This document shows, one piece after another, positions 37,949 through 46,888 of a stretch of 64,000 nucleotides of DNA; position 1 is the first letter of the stretch, and each line of letters opens with the position of its first letter. The notes beneath the pieces were generated by a model. It had not been told where the DNA came from, ran no database searches, and saw only the letters and a list, made by a program, of their open reading frames with translations. The stretch comes from an uncultured Chloroflexia bacterium. Its GTDB lineage: Bacteria; Chloroflexota; Limnocylindria; QHBO01. The stretch is from the NCBI GenBank assembly GCA_963825525.1, contig CAWGTN010000002.1, positions 1,035,829 to 1,099,828 of the forward strand. Reading direction: 5' to 3'. The translations under genes and the position numbers were made by a program.

Positions 37949-38852
37949 GCGCGCGCCTCCCGACGATCATCGAGTTCCGGCCCATGCCCACGCTGACCAT
38001 GGCACGACCGAACTCTCGACGGGCGTCGGCGCCCATTGCCAGATCGGCCTCGCGCCGACGCAGATGGCATTCTCGGCCGACCTCGGGGTCGTCCAGATAG
38101 TTCGATCCCATCAGGAGGAACAGCTCCATCGGAAAGTCGGTCTGGGTGCTCAGGACCTCGAACCCACGATCCTCCAGGAGCTGGCCCAGGCTTTCATGGT
38201 CGAAGTAGTTGATGTGGTCCGGGGCAACGATCCACCACGGGGCCCGTCCCAGCTTCGTCTGAGCAGCCAGCTGGAGCGGATTGAAATCGTTCGGGACCCG
38301 CACCACGACCAGGCCGCCCACGGGCAGCAGGTCGCGTACGCGGTCGCAGAAGGCGACCGGGTCCGGCAGATGCTCGAGCACGTTGAGTGCGGAGACGACG
38401 CCAAACGTCGTATCTCGCGGGTGAGTGACCAGGTATTCCTCGAGCATCAGGGGCAGGACACGGCGACCGTGCGATTGGGCGAAGGCCGCAGCACCCTCGG
38501 ATGGCTCGAGTCCGAGCGGCTGGTCCCACCCCGCGGTCGCCAGCTCCTCGAGCCACTCGCCAGTTCCTGCGCCGATATCCAGCGCCGAGCGGGGCAGGTT
38601 TGGGTCGCGATGCTGCTCGAGCGTGGAGAGGATGTCCGCGAAGAGCGTTTGACGGAGCCAGTCGCGTTCTGCGTCCGCTTCCGGGCCTCCGGCGAGGAGA
38701 CGCCGCAGATCGGGTGCGCGCCGCTGTCGCGATGCGAGATCGGCGTAGGCGCTCTGGTAGAACCGCTGAAGATCGTCGGCGCTTGGGATCGGGTCGAGGC
38801 GGCGGTAGCCCCATGGCAGCACCTCGACGGTGTTCGGCTCGTGCGAACTCAC
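37944..38852 (-). CDS. Class I SAM-dependent methyltransferase
   Basis: Motif I LDIGAGTGEW and post-I/II segments are present. GTG start overlaps the upstream epimerase stop as GTGA. Confidence 0.7.
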   Translation of the reverse strand: MSSHEPNTVEVLPWGYRRLDPIPSADDLQRFYQSAYADLASRQRRAPDLRRLLAGGPEADAERDWLRQTLFADILSTLEQHRDPNLPRSALDIGAGTGEWLEELATAGWDQPLGLEPSEGAAAFAQSHGRRVLPLMLEEYLVTHPRDTTFGVVSALNVLEHLPDPVAFCDRVRDLLPVGGLVVVRVPNDFNPLQLAAQTKLGRAPWWIVAPDHINYFDHESLGQLLEDRGFEVLSTQTDFPMELFLLMGSNYLDDPEVGRECHLRRREADLAMGADARREFGRAMVSVGMGRNSMIVGRRAR

Positions 38853-39793
38853 CGCTGAGCGCGCTCCCAATCGATGACCTTGCGGATCCCATCCGCGAGG
38901 TCCGTCGGCGGAGTCCAACCCACGACCTCGCGCAGCCGGCTCGTATCCGCCGCACTCGCCTCGAACGGTGCGTCGCGTGACTCCTGGATCGTTCGTGTGC
39001 CCGGCAGCTCGGTTTGCAGCAGGCTGATGACCTCGCTCACCGGGCGACTTCGGCCCGTGCCAAGGTTGACCACCCCTTCGGCATCCGGGGCGGTCGCCAG
39101 GCGCAGGAGGCCCTCCGCAACGTCGCCCGCGTAGATGTAGTCAAACCGGTTCTCCGACTGGAACACGGTCAGCGGCTCACCCGCCAGTGCTGCTCGGATC
39201 CAGCGCGATATCACGTCACGCGAGCCCCTGCCGAACACGCGAAAGATGCGTGCGCATGAGATCTGCGCAGGCCCGCCCAGGAGCTCGCGAGCGAACGCGT
39301 ACTCCTTCTCGGCATACAGCTTCGCGGCGCCACACAGATTGCGAGGATCCTGCCGCATGTCCTCGCGGAGGCTCACGCCATCCGACCGTGGCTCGGCCGA
39401 TAGGTACAGCCGGGGATCGTAGATGAGGTAGCTCGACGCGAACACGAGGGCCCTGACTCCCCGATCGAGACGTGCGCCCTCCGCCAGGCGGTGGCTCACA
39501 ACGACATTGTCCTGCCAATTCGGGAGCCAGAAATCGGGGCTCTCCTCGGAGCGCTCGAACGTGGCAGCCAGGTGGAAGATGAGCTCGGGGCGAAACTGCC
39601 ACAGCGGCTCCAGGTCGTCCGTTGCAAGGTCGGTCTCGACGTGCGTCACGCCACGCGGCGGGGGCCCGGGGAGTGGCAGCCGATCGGCACTCAGGACGTC
39701 CGCGCCGCTGGCTCCCAGCAGTTCGAGCAGCTCTCGGCCAATGACTCCCGAGCCGCCGGTGACAAGGGCTCGCGCACCAGAGAGATCGATCAA
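38849..39793 (-). CDS. NAD-dependent epimerase/dehydratase (SDR)
   Basis: The translation ALVTGGSGVIGRELLELL... is an SDR. There is a TTG start with GGGAG 8 nt upstream, overlapping the PseG stop as TTGA. Confidence 0.7.
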   Translation of the reverse strand: MIDLSGARALVTGGSGVIGRELLELLGASGADVLSADRLPLPGPPPRGVTHVETDLATDDLEPLWQFRPELIFHLAATFERSEESPDFWLPNWQDNVVVSHRLAEGARLDRGVRALVFASSYLIYDPRLYLSAEPRSDGVSLREDMRQDPRNLCGAAKLYAEKEYAFARELLGGPAQISCARIFRVFGRGSRDVISRWIRAALAGEPLTVFQSENRFDYIYAGDVAEGLLRLATAPDAEGVVNLGTGRSRPVSEVISLLQTELPGTRTIQESRDAPFEASAADTSRLREVVGWTPPTDLADGIRKVIDWERAQR

Positions 39794-40836
39794 TGCGTGG
39801 CTCCCATGGTCAGGTCGATGATTCGGTCGATCCCCCGCCCGTCGACCGTCTGCATCCCGCGCTGCGACATCGCCGTCCTCCACTCGGTGTCGTCCATCCG
39901 CTCCTCCAAGGCCGACGCCACCGCGCGCGAGTCGAGCGCTTCGGCCCGTCCGATAGCCTCGAACAGGTCGATGCTCGCGAGGCCGGCGAGCATCAGCTTC
40001 TCCGCCTCACCCGCTTCGATGAGCAGGGACGGTACGCCCAGATACGCTAGCTCCCACACCGTGGTCCCTGCCGTCGAAATTGCGATGTCCGCTGCAGCGA
40101 TGTGCTCGCGCATTTCACTGGCCGCGTGAACGACCTGCACGTTGAGCCCGACTTCAGCGACCAGGCCGGCAATCTGTTCGTGGCGAGGGTTGGATCCACC
40201 AACAACAACGGTCCCCGTGACCGAGGGCCTCCCCGACATGACCAATCCCAGGGCCTTCACCACGACCTCGGTGGCGCGATGGGGATCGGCTCCTCCCAGT
40301 GTCACCAGGATGTGGCCGACGGTTGGCGGGGTGCGGGGATCAGGGGCGGAGTCGCGAAACTCGGCCCGCAGGACGGCGTAACGAGGACCGCACAGCACCT
40401 TCGTGTCGGGTGATGTCCGATACCTCAAGAGGCCGGCGTGGGCGTTCTGATTCACCACCACGTCCACCGGATACTCGGCGAGGTGGGCCATGTCATCGAA
40501 GACGATCACCCTGGTCCCCGCCGACCGAGTGTCCCGAAGGTAGCCGCTGTCAAAGTCGTATCCGTCCACCACCACCCAATCCGGACGCGACGCCTGGATC
40601 AGCTCGGCCATCCGTCGTGCGTCTGCGGGGTCCGGGCATGCGGCATCAAGCCCGTGAACGATCACGCCCAGTTCCCGGAAGGGATCGAGGAGCTGCGGCT
40701 CGACGCAGGCGGTCAACAGACTCAGTCGCGCCCCACGTCGTCGGTACTCCTCGGCCATGGTGCGCATGCGCATCAGGTGGCCGGTCCCGATCGCTTCGCC
40801 GGCATCCGCGCGCAGGAGCACATGCATTTCGGTCAC
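39790..40836 (-). CDS. pseG: PseG-like UDP-2,4-diacetamido-2,4,6-trideoxy-hexose hydrolase
   Basis: The N-terminus LLRADAGEAIGTGHLMRMRTMAEE... is typical of PseG. It is a GT-B-like fold of about 348 aa located between pseC and epimerase genes. Confidence 0.65.
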   Translation of the reverse strand: MTEMHVLLRADAGEAIGTGHLMRMRTMAEEYRRRGARLSLLTACVEPQLLDPFRELGVIVHGLDAACPDPADARRMAELIQASRPDWVVVDGYDFDSGYLRDTRSAGTRVIVFDDMAHLAEYPVDVVVNQNAHAGLLRYRTSPDTKVLCGPRYAVLRAEFRDSAPDPRTPPTVGHILVTLGGADPHRATEVVVKALGLVMSGRPSVTGTVVVGGSNPRHEQIAGLVAEVGLNVQVVHAASEMREHIAAADIAISTAGTTVWELAYLGVPSLLIEAGEAEKLMLAGLASIDLFEAIGRAEALDSRAVASALEERMDDTEWRTAMSQRGMQTVDGRGIDRIIDLTMGATH

Positions 40837-41975
40837 AGAGTCTCAGCCGCGGCCTGCCGCGCGACGGCGATGACCTGGTCGACCTCGTCATCGGTCATCC
40901 GCGGAAAGATCGGCAGCGATACCGCGCGGGCAGAGAAGTCCTCGGCAACAGGGCAGATGCCGCGTTCAAAGCCGAGCCGCTGATAGAACGGGTGGTGGTG
41001 CACCGGAATGTAGTGCACCTGCACGCCGATCCCGAGTTCACGGAGCCTGTCGAAGAACCGGCGCCTGCGGCTTGACTCCGACACGCGCACGACGAAGAGG
41101 TGCCATCCCGGTTCGACGCCCTCGCGAATGTGCGGCAACGTGAGGCCGCCGACATCAGCGAGCGCCTCGAGGTACCTGGCCGCGATGGCACGACGCCGTG
41201 CGACGAACATGTCGAGGCGCCGAAGCTGGCTGAGGCCCAGGGCGGCATGGATGTCCGTCATTCGATAGTTGAATCCCAGGTCGTGCTGCTCGTAGTGCCA
41301 CGCGCCATGAGCACGCATCGCGTCCGGGTTTCGCTCGATCCCATGAGTTCGGAATCGGGCCGCCAGGTCGGCGATCCCCTCGTCATCGGACACAATGGCT
41401 CCACCCTCGCCGGTGGTGATGGGCTTGACGGGGTGGAAGCTGAGTTCGCTGGCGGCAGCCAGCGTTCCCACGGGGCGGCCGTGGTACGTCGCGCCGAACG
41501 AGTGCGCCGCGTCGGCGACCAGCGTCACACCGCGCGCTGCGCAGACCGCCGACAGGTCGTCGTAGTCAGCCGGATGGCCGGTGTAGTCCACCGCCACCAC
41601 AAGGCGGGTACGTGATCCGATCGCGGCCTCGACAGCAGCGGGATCGATGTTGCCCGTATCGGCCTGGACGTCCACGAAGCGGACTGACGCTCCGAGATAC
41701 AGCGCCGCGTTGGCGGTGGCGGCGAACGTCAGGGGGGTGGTGACGATCTCGTCCCCCGCGCTGAGCCCGGCCGCAAAGTACATGGCATGTAGGGCGGATG
41801 TGCCCGAGTTCACCGCCACCGCCCGAGCAACACCGGCGGCTGCCGCGACGGCGCGCTCGAATGCCTCCACCGTCGGACCGGTCGTCAGATAGTCGGATCG
41901 CAGGACCTCGACGACAGCCGCGATGTCCTCTTCGTCCAGCCATTGGCGGCCGTAGGGAAGGGGAGGCTCAGACAT
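40833..41975 (-). CDS. pseC: DegT/DnrJ/EryC1-family PLP aminotransferase (PseC-like UDP-4-amino-sugar aminotransferase)
   Basis: The translation RQWLDEEDIAAVVEVLRSDYLTTGPTVEAFE...AVNSGTSALH...LSFHPVKPITTGEGG has a Lys in PVK. Start is taken at MSEPPLPYG. Confidence 0.85.
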   Translation of the reverse strand: MSEPPLPYGRQWLDEEDIAAVVEVLRSDYLTTGPTVEAFERAVAAAAGVARAVAVNSGTSALHAMYFAAGLSAGDEIVTTPLTFAATANAALYLGASVRFVDVQADTGNIDPAAVEAAIGSRTRLVVAVDYTGHPADYDDLSAVCAARGVTLVADAAHSFGATYHGRPVGTLAAASELSFHPVKPITTGEGGAIVSDDEGIADLAARFRTHGIERNPDAMRAHGAWHYEQHDLGFNYRMTDIHAALGLSQLRRLDMFVARRRAIAARYLEALADVGGLTLPHIREGVEPGWHLFVVRVSESSRRRRFFDRLRELGIGVQVHYIPVHHHPFYQRLGFERGICPVAEDFSARAVSLPIFPRMTDDEVDQVIAVARQAAAETL

Positions 41976-42948
41976 CCGCCACCATGGTCCGGAGTTGGTC
42001 GAGCGTGAGCCACTGGGTGTTCGTGTCGCTCGCGTAGCTGAAGCCATCTTCAACTGGCGAGCCATCCAGCTCGTGGGCCGGCCACCAGTCCATCTCGGGC
42101 TGGATGACGTAATAGGCGCCCATGTCGATCGTCCGTCGCGAGTCGGCCGCGCTGATCATCTCCTCGTGGAGCTTCTCTCCGGGCCTGATGCCGACAACGT
42201 TGAGGCGAGCGTCCGGCGCAAATGCCTTCGCGAGATCCGTGACCTTCATGCTCGGGATCTTGGGCACGAAGAGCTCTCCCCCGTGCATCCGGTCGAGGGA
42301 CTCCATCACGAAGTCCACCCCCTGCTGAAGCGTGATCCAGAACCGCGTCATGCGCTCGTCGGTGATCGGAAGCTCACCCGTCTCGGCCAGCCGTTTGAAC
42401 AGCGGGACCACGCTTCCGCGACTCCCGACGACGTTGCCGTACCGGACGACCGCGAAACGGGTCGGCGTGCCCGCCGCGTAAGCGTTGCCGTTGATGAACA
42501 GCTTGTCGCTGACCAGCTTGGTCGCGCCGTACAGGTTCACGGGGCTGCATGCCTTATCGGTGCTCAGGGCGATCACATGCTTCACGCCCCGTTCGATCGA
42601 CGCTTCGATCACGTTCTGGGCACCGTGGACGTTGGTCTTCACCGCCTCGAATGGGTTGTATTCCGCAGCTGGCACCTGCTTCAACGCGGCCGCGTGGACG
42701 ACGACATCGACGCCGTGGAGCGCGCGGTACAACCGTTGGTAGTCACGAACGTCGCCGATGAAGAAGCGGATCCGCTTCTCGTCCGGATAGTCCTGCTGCA
42801 TCTCGGATTGCTTCAGCTCGTCACGGCTGAAGACGATGACCTTGCTCACGTCGGTCGTCGTCAGCAGGACCTTCGTGAAGAGCTTGCCAAAGGATCCGGT
42901 TCCGCCGGTCACCAGCACCGTCTGGCCATCGAAGAACGACATCAGCAC
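41968..42948 (-). CDS. pseB: UDP-N-acetylglucosamine 4,6-dehydratase (inverting), PseB/FlaA1-type
   Basis: The translation GQTVLVTGGTGSFGKLFTKVLL...FFIGDVRD...YGATKLVSDKLF is highly characteristic of PseB. The locally lower GC (about 62%) was estimated by eye. Confidence 0.9.
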   Translation of the reverse strand: MLMSFFDGQTVLVTGGTGSFGKLFTKVLLTTTDVSKVIVFSRDELKQSEMQQDYPDEKRIRFFIGDVRDYQRLYRALHGVDVVVHAAALKQVPAAEYNPFEAVKTNVHGAQNVIEASIERGVKHVIALSTDKACSPVNLYGATKLVSDKLFINGNAYAAGTPTRFAVVRYGNVVGSRGSVVPLFKRLAETGELPITDERMTRFWITLQQGVDFVMESLDRMHGGELFVPKIPSMKVTDLAKAFAPDARLNVVGIRPGEKLHEEMISAADSRRTIDMGAYYVIQPEMDWWPAHELDGSPVEDGFSYASDTNTQWLTLDQLRTMVADV

Positions 42949-43082
42949 CCCATGTTCCGCTTGCCCGGATCAGCTGCCTCGGGCGTCTCCCCAACGCGAC
43001 CCCGACCGCATGATATGCCGTCGCTCGGGGCCAGACCCCTCCGGATGCGCCCGCTCATGCGCCCGTCGCGTCGCTCATCGTC

Positions 43083-43982
43083 CTAGGCTCGCGTCGCATT
43101 GGACTGCCCCAGGACGCTTGCCACGTAGTCGTCAGCGGCCGCGCTCCATGCCGGCAGCGCTGCGCCCAGTGCCGGGTCCTGTGATGCGAGCACTCCCCAC
43201 GGCGGCGGCACCGAACGCCGATCGAGTGATTCGCCGCGAACCGGTTCGATGAGCTTGGCAGGCCGTGCCCGTCTCAGCACGTCCTCGGCCCACGCAAACC
43301 GCGAGAGGCTCTCGGGACCAACGAGGTGTCGAGTGCCCGCGTGACCACTCATCGCGAGGTCGACGACGACTCGCGCCAGGTGCGGGGTCGAGGTCGGCGA
43401 ACCGATCTCATCGTCGACGACCTTGAGCGGCTCGTCCGGGGCCCGGTCGGCGGCGGTGACGATCTTGGAGGGGAAGTCTGCGCCGGCCGGACCGAACAGC
43501 CACGCGGTTCGAACGATGGTCAACAACGGGCGACCGCCAAATGCCTCGAGCGCGGCGTGCTCGCCAGCCAGTTTGGACGCGCCGTACGCGTTCCCGGGAC
43601 GTGGGTCGTCGGTCTCGAGGTATCCGCGGCCATCGGTCCGCCGCCCATCGAACACCTCGTTCGTACTGATCAGAACGAGCGCTCCGTCGCGTTCGGCAAG
43701 GGCGCTGGCGAGCTCGGACGTGGCAACCGCGTTCCGGCGCTCCGCCACCGCGGGCTCCCGCGCGCAACCCTCGACGTCCACCCAGGCCGCGCAATGGATG
43801 ACGATGTCGGGGCGATCTCGCTCGGCCAGGCGCCGTGCGGCGGCCGGATCGTCGAGATCGTAGTCGGGACGTCTCCATGGGAGCGGTGTCATCCCGCGCC
43901 TGGCGAGCTCCGCGAGCATCGCAACACCGAGGCGTCCGCCGGGGCCGGTGACGGCAATACGGGGCGACTGGTCGACTGTCAT
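43083..43982 (-). CDS. rfbD: dTDP-4-dehydrorhamnose reductase
   Basis: The translation RIAVTGPGGRLG...IVIHCAAWVDVEGCARE...NAYGASKLAGE is an RmlD-type SDR. Confidence 0.8.
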   Translation of the reverse strand: MTVDQSPRIAVTGPGGRLGVAMLAELARRGMTPLPWRRPDYDLDDPAAARRLAERDRPDIVIHCAAWVDVEGCAREPAVAERRNAVATSELASALAERDGALVLISTNEVFDGRRTDGRGYLETDDPRPGNAYGASKLAGEHAALEAFGGRPLLTIVRTAWLFGPAGADFPSKIVTAADRAPDEPLKVVDDEIGSPTSTPHLARVVVDLAMSGHAGTRHLVGPESLSRFAWAEDVLRRARPAKLIEPVRGESLDRRSVPPPWGVLASQDPALGAALPAWSAAADDYVASVLGQSNATRA

Positions 43983-44953
43983 CGCTCCTCGAGCCACCAC
44001 GGGTTCGCACGCGTCCAGGTGATGGTCCGTTCGATCCCGTCGCGCAACGACGTCGTTGCCTCCCAGCCGAGCACCCGCCGAGCTTTCTCTACCCCGGGAA
44101 CCCGCCGGCCGATGTCCTCGTAGGTGGCCCCGTACAGCTCGGTCGTGCTGAGGCGCTCCGGCTCGAGCGTGCTGCCGGCACCCTCGCTGGTGGCCGCGAC
44201 CACCTCGGCCACGGTGGACTCGCGATTGCTGCCGAGATTGAAGGCCTCACCCACCGCCGCGTCGCTCTCGGCAGCCAGGATCGTGCCCGCCACTGCATCG
44301 GCCACGTAGGTGAAGCAGCGCGTCTGCTGGCCGTCGTCGTAGACGATCGGTGGCTTCCCGTTGAGAACCCGGTGGATGCTCTGCGAGACCACGTAGATCG
44401 GCGACTGTCGGGGGCCGTAGGCGTTGAAGTAGCGGACCACCGTGACCGGCAGCGCCCGATGCCGGTGCATGGCGAAGGCGAGGTGCTCGGACATCGCCTT
44501 GCTCGTGCTATAGCTCCACCGATCCACCGTCGTGCTCCCCAGCACGCGGTCGTCGTCCTCATCCCACGGCACCTTTGGATTGCGGCCGAACACCTCGCTG
44601 GTCGAGGTCAGCACCGTCCGGGTGCCGTGACGCGACGCGTGCTCGAGGACGTTGCGCGTCCCGATGACGTTGACGTCGAGCACGGACAGCGGATCGCTGA
44701 TGTAGTTCGACACGCCGACGATGGCGGCCAGGTGGTAGATGACGTCGACGCTGCCGTCGATCACGTCGCCGAGGGCCGAGGCATCGCGGACGTCGCCCTC
44801 CACGAAGCGGAACCCCGGATGCGTCGCAGCCTCGTCGAGATTTCGGCCACGCTGGGCGTCGAAGCAGATCACCTCGCTCCCGCGAGCCAGGAGCTGGTCG
44901 ATGAGATGGCTCCCGATGAAGCCGCTGCCACCGGTCACGAGCGCGGTCGTCAC
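43979..44953 (-). CDS. NAD-dependent epimerase/dehydratase (UDP-glucuronate decarboxylase / UXS-like SDR)
   Basis: The translation ALVTGGSGFIGSHLIDQLLARGSEVICFD...YSTSKAMSE is an SDR. GTG start overlaps the upstream stop. Confidence 0.75.
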   Translation of the reverse strand: MTTALVTGGSGFIGSHLIDQLLARGSEVICFDAQRGRNLDEAATHPGFRFVEGDVRDASALGDVIDGSVDVIYHLAAIVGVSNYISDPLSVLDVNVIGTRNVLEHASRHGTRTVLTSTSEVFGRNPKVPWDEDDDRVLGSTTVDRWSYSTSKAMSEHLAFAMHRHRALPVTVVRYFNAYGPRQSPIYVVSQSIHRVLNGKPPIVYDDGQQTRCFTYVADAVAGTILAAESDAAVGEAFNLGSNRESTVAEVVAATSEGAGSTLEPERLSTTELYGATYEDIGRRVPGVEKARRVLGWEATTSLRDGIERTITWTRANPWWLEER

Positions 44954-46287
44954 CGGCCGATGCCGCGATAGCGCAGGCCATGGGCCTCCATGTCCTGGAT
45001 CTGCTCCCGGGTGAAGTACATCCGCCCATCCAGGATGAGAGCGCCGGGCGCCCGCTCGGCGATATCGGCGATCCGAAGCCGTCGGAAGTCGTCGTGACCT
45101 GTGAAGAATGCGACGCAGTCGGCGCCCTCGATGGCCGCCCACACGTCGTCGGTGATGGGCGCCGCGGTGACCTCTCGCGCTTCGGCCGGGTTGACCCAGG
45201 GATCGCAGACGATCAGGTCGCAGCCGCTGGCCTCGAGCAGGTTGATCGCTTCCTTGGTCGGGGTGAAACGGACGTCACCGGTGTTGTTCTTGAATGCCAT
45301 GCCGAGGACGGCCACGCGCGAGTCCGGCAGCTGCTTGCCGAGCGCCTTCAGCTCCCGTTCGATGAGCCCGAAGGTGAACGCGGGCATCGCGTCGTTCACC
45401 GTCCGCGACGTGACCGGAGTCTGAAGCTCGATCCCCCGCTCGCGACCCATGTGGTGCACGAACCACGGGTCCTTGGTGAGGCAGTAGCCACCGACCCCGA
45501 TCGACGGCGCCAGCACATTCACGAAGTGCTGGCCCTTCGGCAACGTGTTGGCTGCCTCGATGACCTCGAGCACGTCGACCTCGATCGCGTCGCTCAGGAT
45601 CGCCAGCTCATTGGCGAGCGCCACGTTGAGGTCGATCCACAGGTTGCAGGCCAGCTTCACCATCTCGGCGGTGTGCGCGTTCTGAACCGGGATGGTCTCG
45701 ATCTCGAGCGCCTCGTGGAAGAACGCGGCGGCCGCGGCCGTGCTACGCGGGTCGACGCCACCCACCACGACCGGGATCGTCTCGAACTCATGGAGCGCAC
45801 GACCCTCGGCCAGCCGCTCCGGGCAGAAGGAGAGGAAGAAGTCCGTTCCGGCCACCAGGCCGCCACGCTCCAGGATGGGCTTCACGATGCGGTCCGTCGC
45901 GAACGGCGGGAGCGTGCTCTTGAGGATGACGTTGTGCCCCGGCCGCAGATTGGCGGCAATGCCCTCGGCGGCGGCCTCGATCTGGCTGACGTCCGGGTCG
46001 AAGTCCTGCCCGAGCGGCGTGCCGACCGTCACCACGATGACCTCGGCCTCGCTCACCGCGGCATAGTCGGTCGTTGCGCTGAGGCGGCCATGGTCCACCG
46101 CATCCTTGATCGCCGAGGCAAGACCCGGTTCGTTGATGCTGGTCTCGCCGCGGTTCGTCTCGTCAACCACGGCCTGCCGGTTGTCGATCCCGATGACGCG
46201 GTAGCGCTTCTCCGCGAGCACCGCGCCGATGCAGGCGCCGATGTATCCGAATCCGACGACGGCCACCGTCTTGGCGTGGGATCCCAT
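44950..46287 (-). CDS. Nucleotide-sugar dehydrogenase (UDP-glucose/GDP-mannose dehydrogenase family)
   Basis: The N-terminus VAVVGFGYIGACIGAVLAEK is followed by the catalytic Cys region GGYCLTKD and a C-terminal UDPG_MGDP_dh domain. Confidence 0.85.
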   Translation of the reverse strand: MGSHAKTVAVVGFGYIGACIGAVLAEKRYRVIGIDNRQAVVDETNRGETSINEPGLASAIKDAVDHGRLSATTDYAAVSEAEVIVVTVGTPLGQDFDPDVSQIEAAAEGIAANLRPGHNVILKSTLPPFATDRIVKPILERGGLVAGTDFFLSFCPERLAEGRALHEFETIPVVVGGVDPRSTAAAAAFFHEALEIETIPVQNAHTAEMVKLACNLWIDLNVALANELAILSDAIEVDVLEVIEAANTLPKGQHFVNVLAPSIGVGGYCLTKDPWFVHHMGRERGIELQTPVTSRTVNDAMPAFTFGLIERELKALGKQLPDSRVAVLGMAFKNNTGDVRFTPTKEAINLLEASGCDLIVCDPWVNPAEAREVTAAPITDDVWAAIEGADCVAFFTGHDDFRRLRIADIAERAPGALILDGRMYFTREQIQDMEAHGLRYRGIGR

Positions 46288-46339
46288 TCAACTCCTCTGC
46301 AACGCTGACCGCGCTATCGGCGGTCCGGGGAAATGCGCG

Positions 46340-46888
46340 CTACCACGCGGGCAGATCGGCTTCGATGTCACGCAGGACCGGGTTGGCTCGGTCACGATCG
46401 GTCACGATTGCCGGCGTCACCGGCCAGGGGATCGCCAGTGCGTCGTCGTCCCACCTGATGCCGACCTCGGCCGTGGGATCGTACAGGCTCCCGACCTTGT
46501 AGACAAAGTCCGTGTCGTCCTCGAGAGCCTGCAGACCATGGGCGAACCCCACCGGGATGTAGAGCTGCCGATGGAGCTGGTCGTCGAGCTCGAATGCCTC
46601 CCATTCGCCGAACGTGGGCGAGCTGCGGCGGACGTCGATGACCACGTCGAAGACGCGGCCGCGTGCGCAGCGGACGAGCTTCGGCTGGCCTGGGGTCCGC
46701 TGGAAGTGCATGCCGCGGATCGCCCCGCTGCGGCTGCGGGAGTGGTTGTCCTGCACGAAGTCCGCATCGATGCCCGCTTCGGCGTAGCGCGAGCGGCTGA
46801 ACGTCTCGAGAAAGTAGCCGCGCTCGTCCGAAAAGACCCGCGGCTGAATGAGACGCAGTCCGTCGAGACGGGTCGGCAGGATCTCCAT
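46340..46888 (-). CDS. rfbC: dTDP-4-dehydrorhamnose 3,5-epimerase
   Basis: The translation VFSDERGYFLETFSRSRY...RGMHFQ...KLVRCARGRVFDVVIDVR is a cupin-fold RmlC. Confidence 0.85.
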   Translation of the reverse strand: MEILPTRLDGLRLIQPRVFSDERGYFLETFSRSRYAEAGIDADFVQDNHSRSRSGAIRGMHFQRTPGQPKLVRCARGRVFDVVIDVRRSSPTFGEWEAFELDDQLHRQLYIPVGFAHGLQALEDDTDFVYKVGSLYDPTAEVGIRWDDDALAIPWPVTPAIVTDRDRANPVLRDIEADLPAW

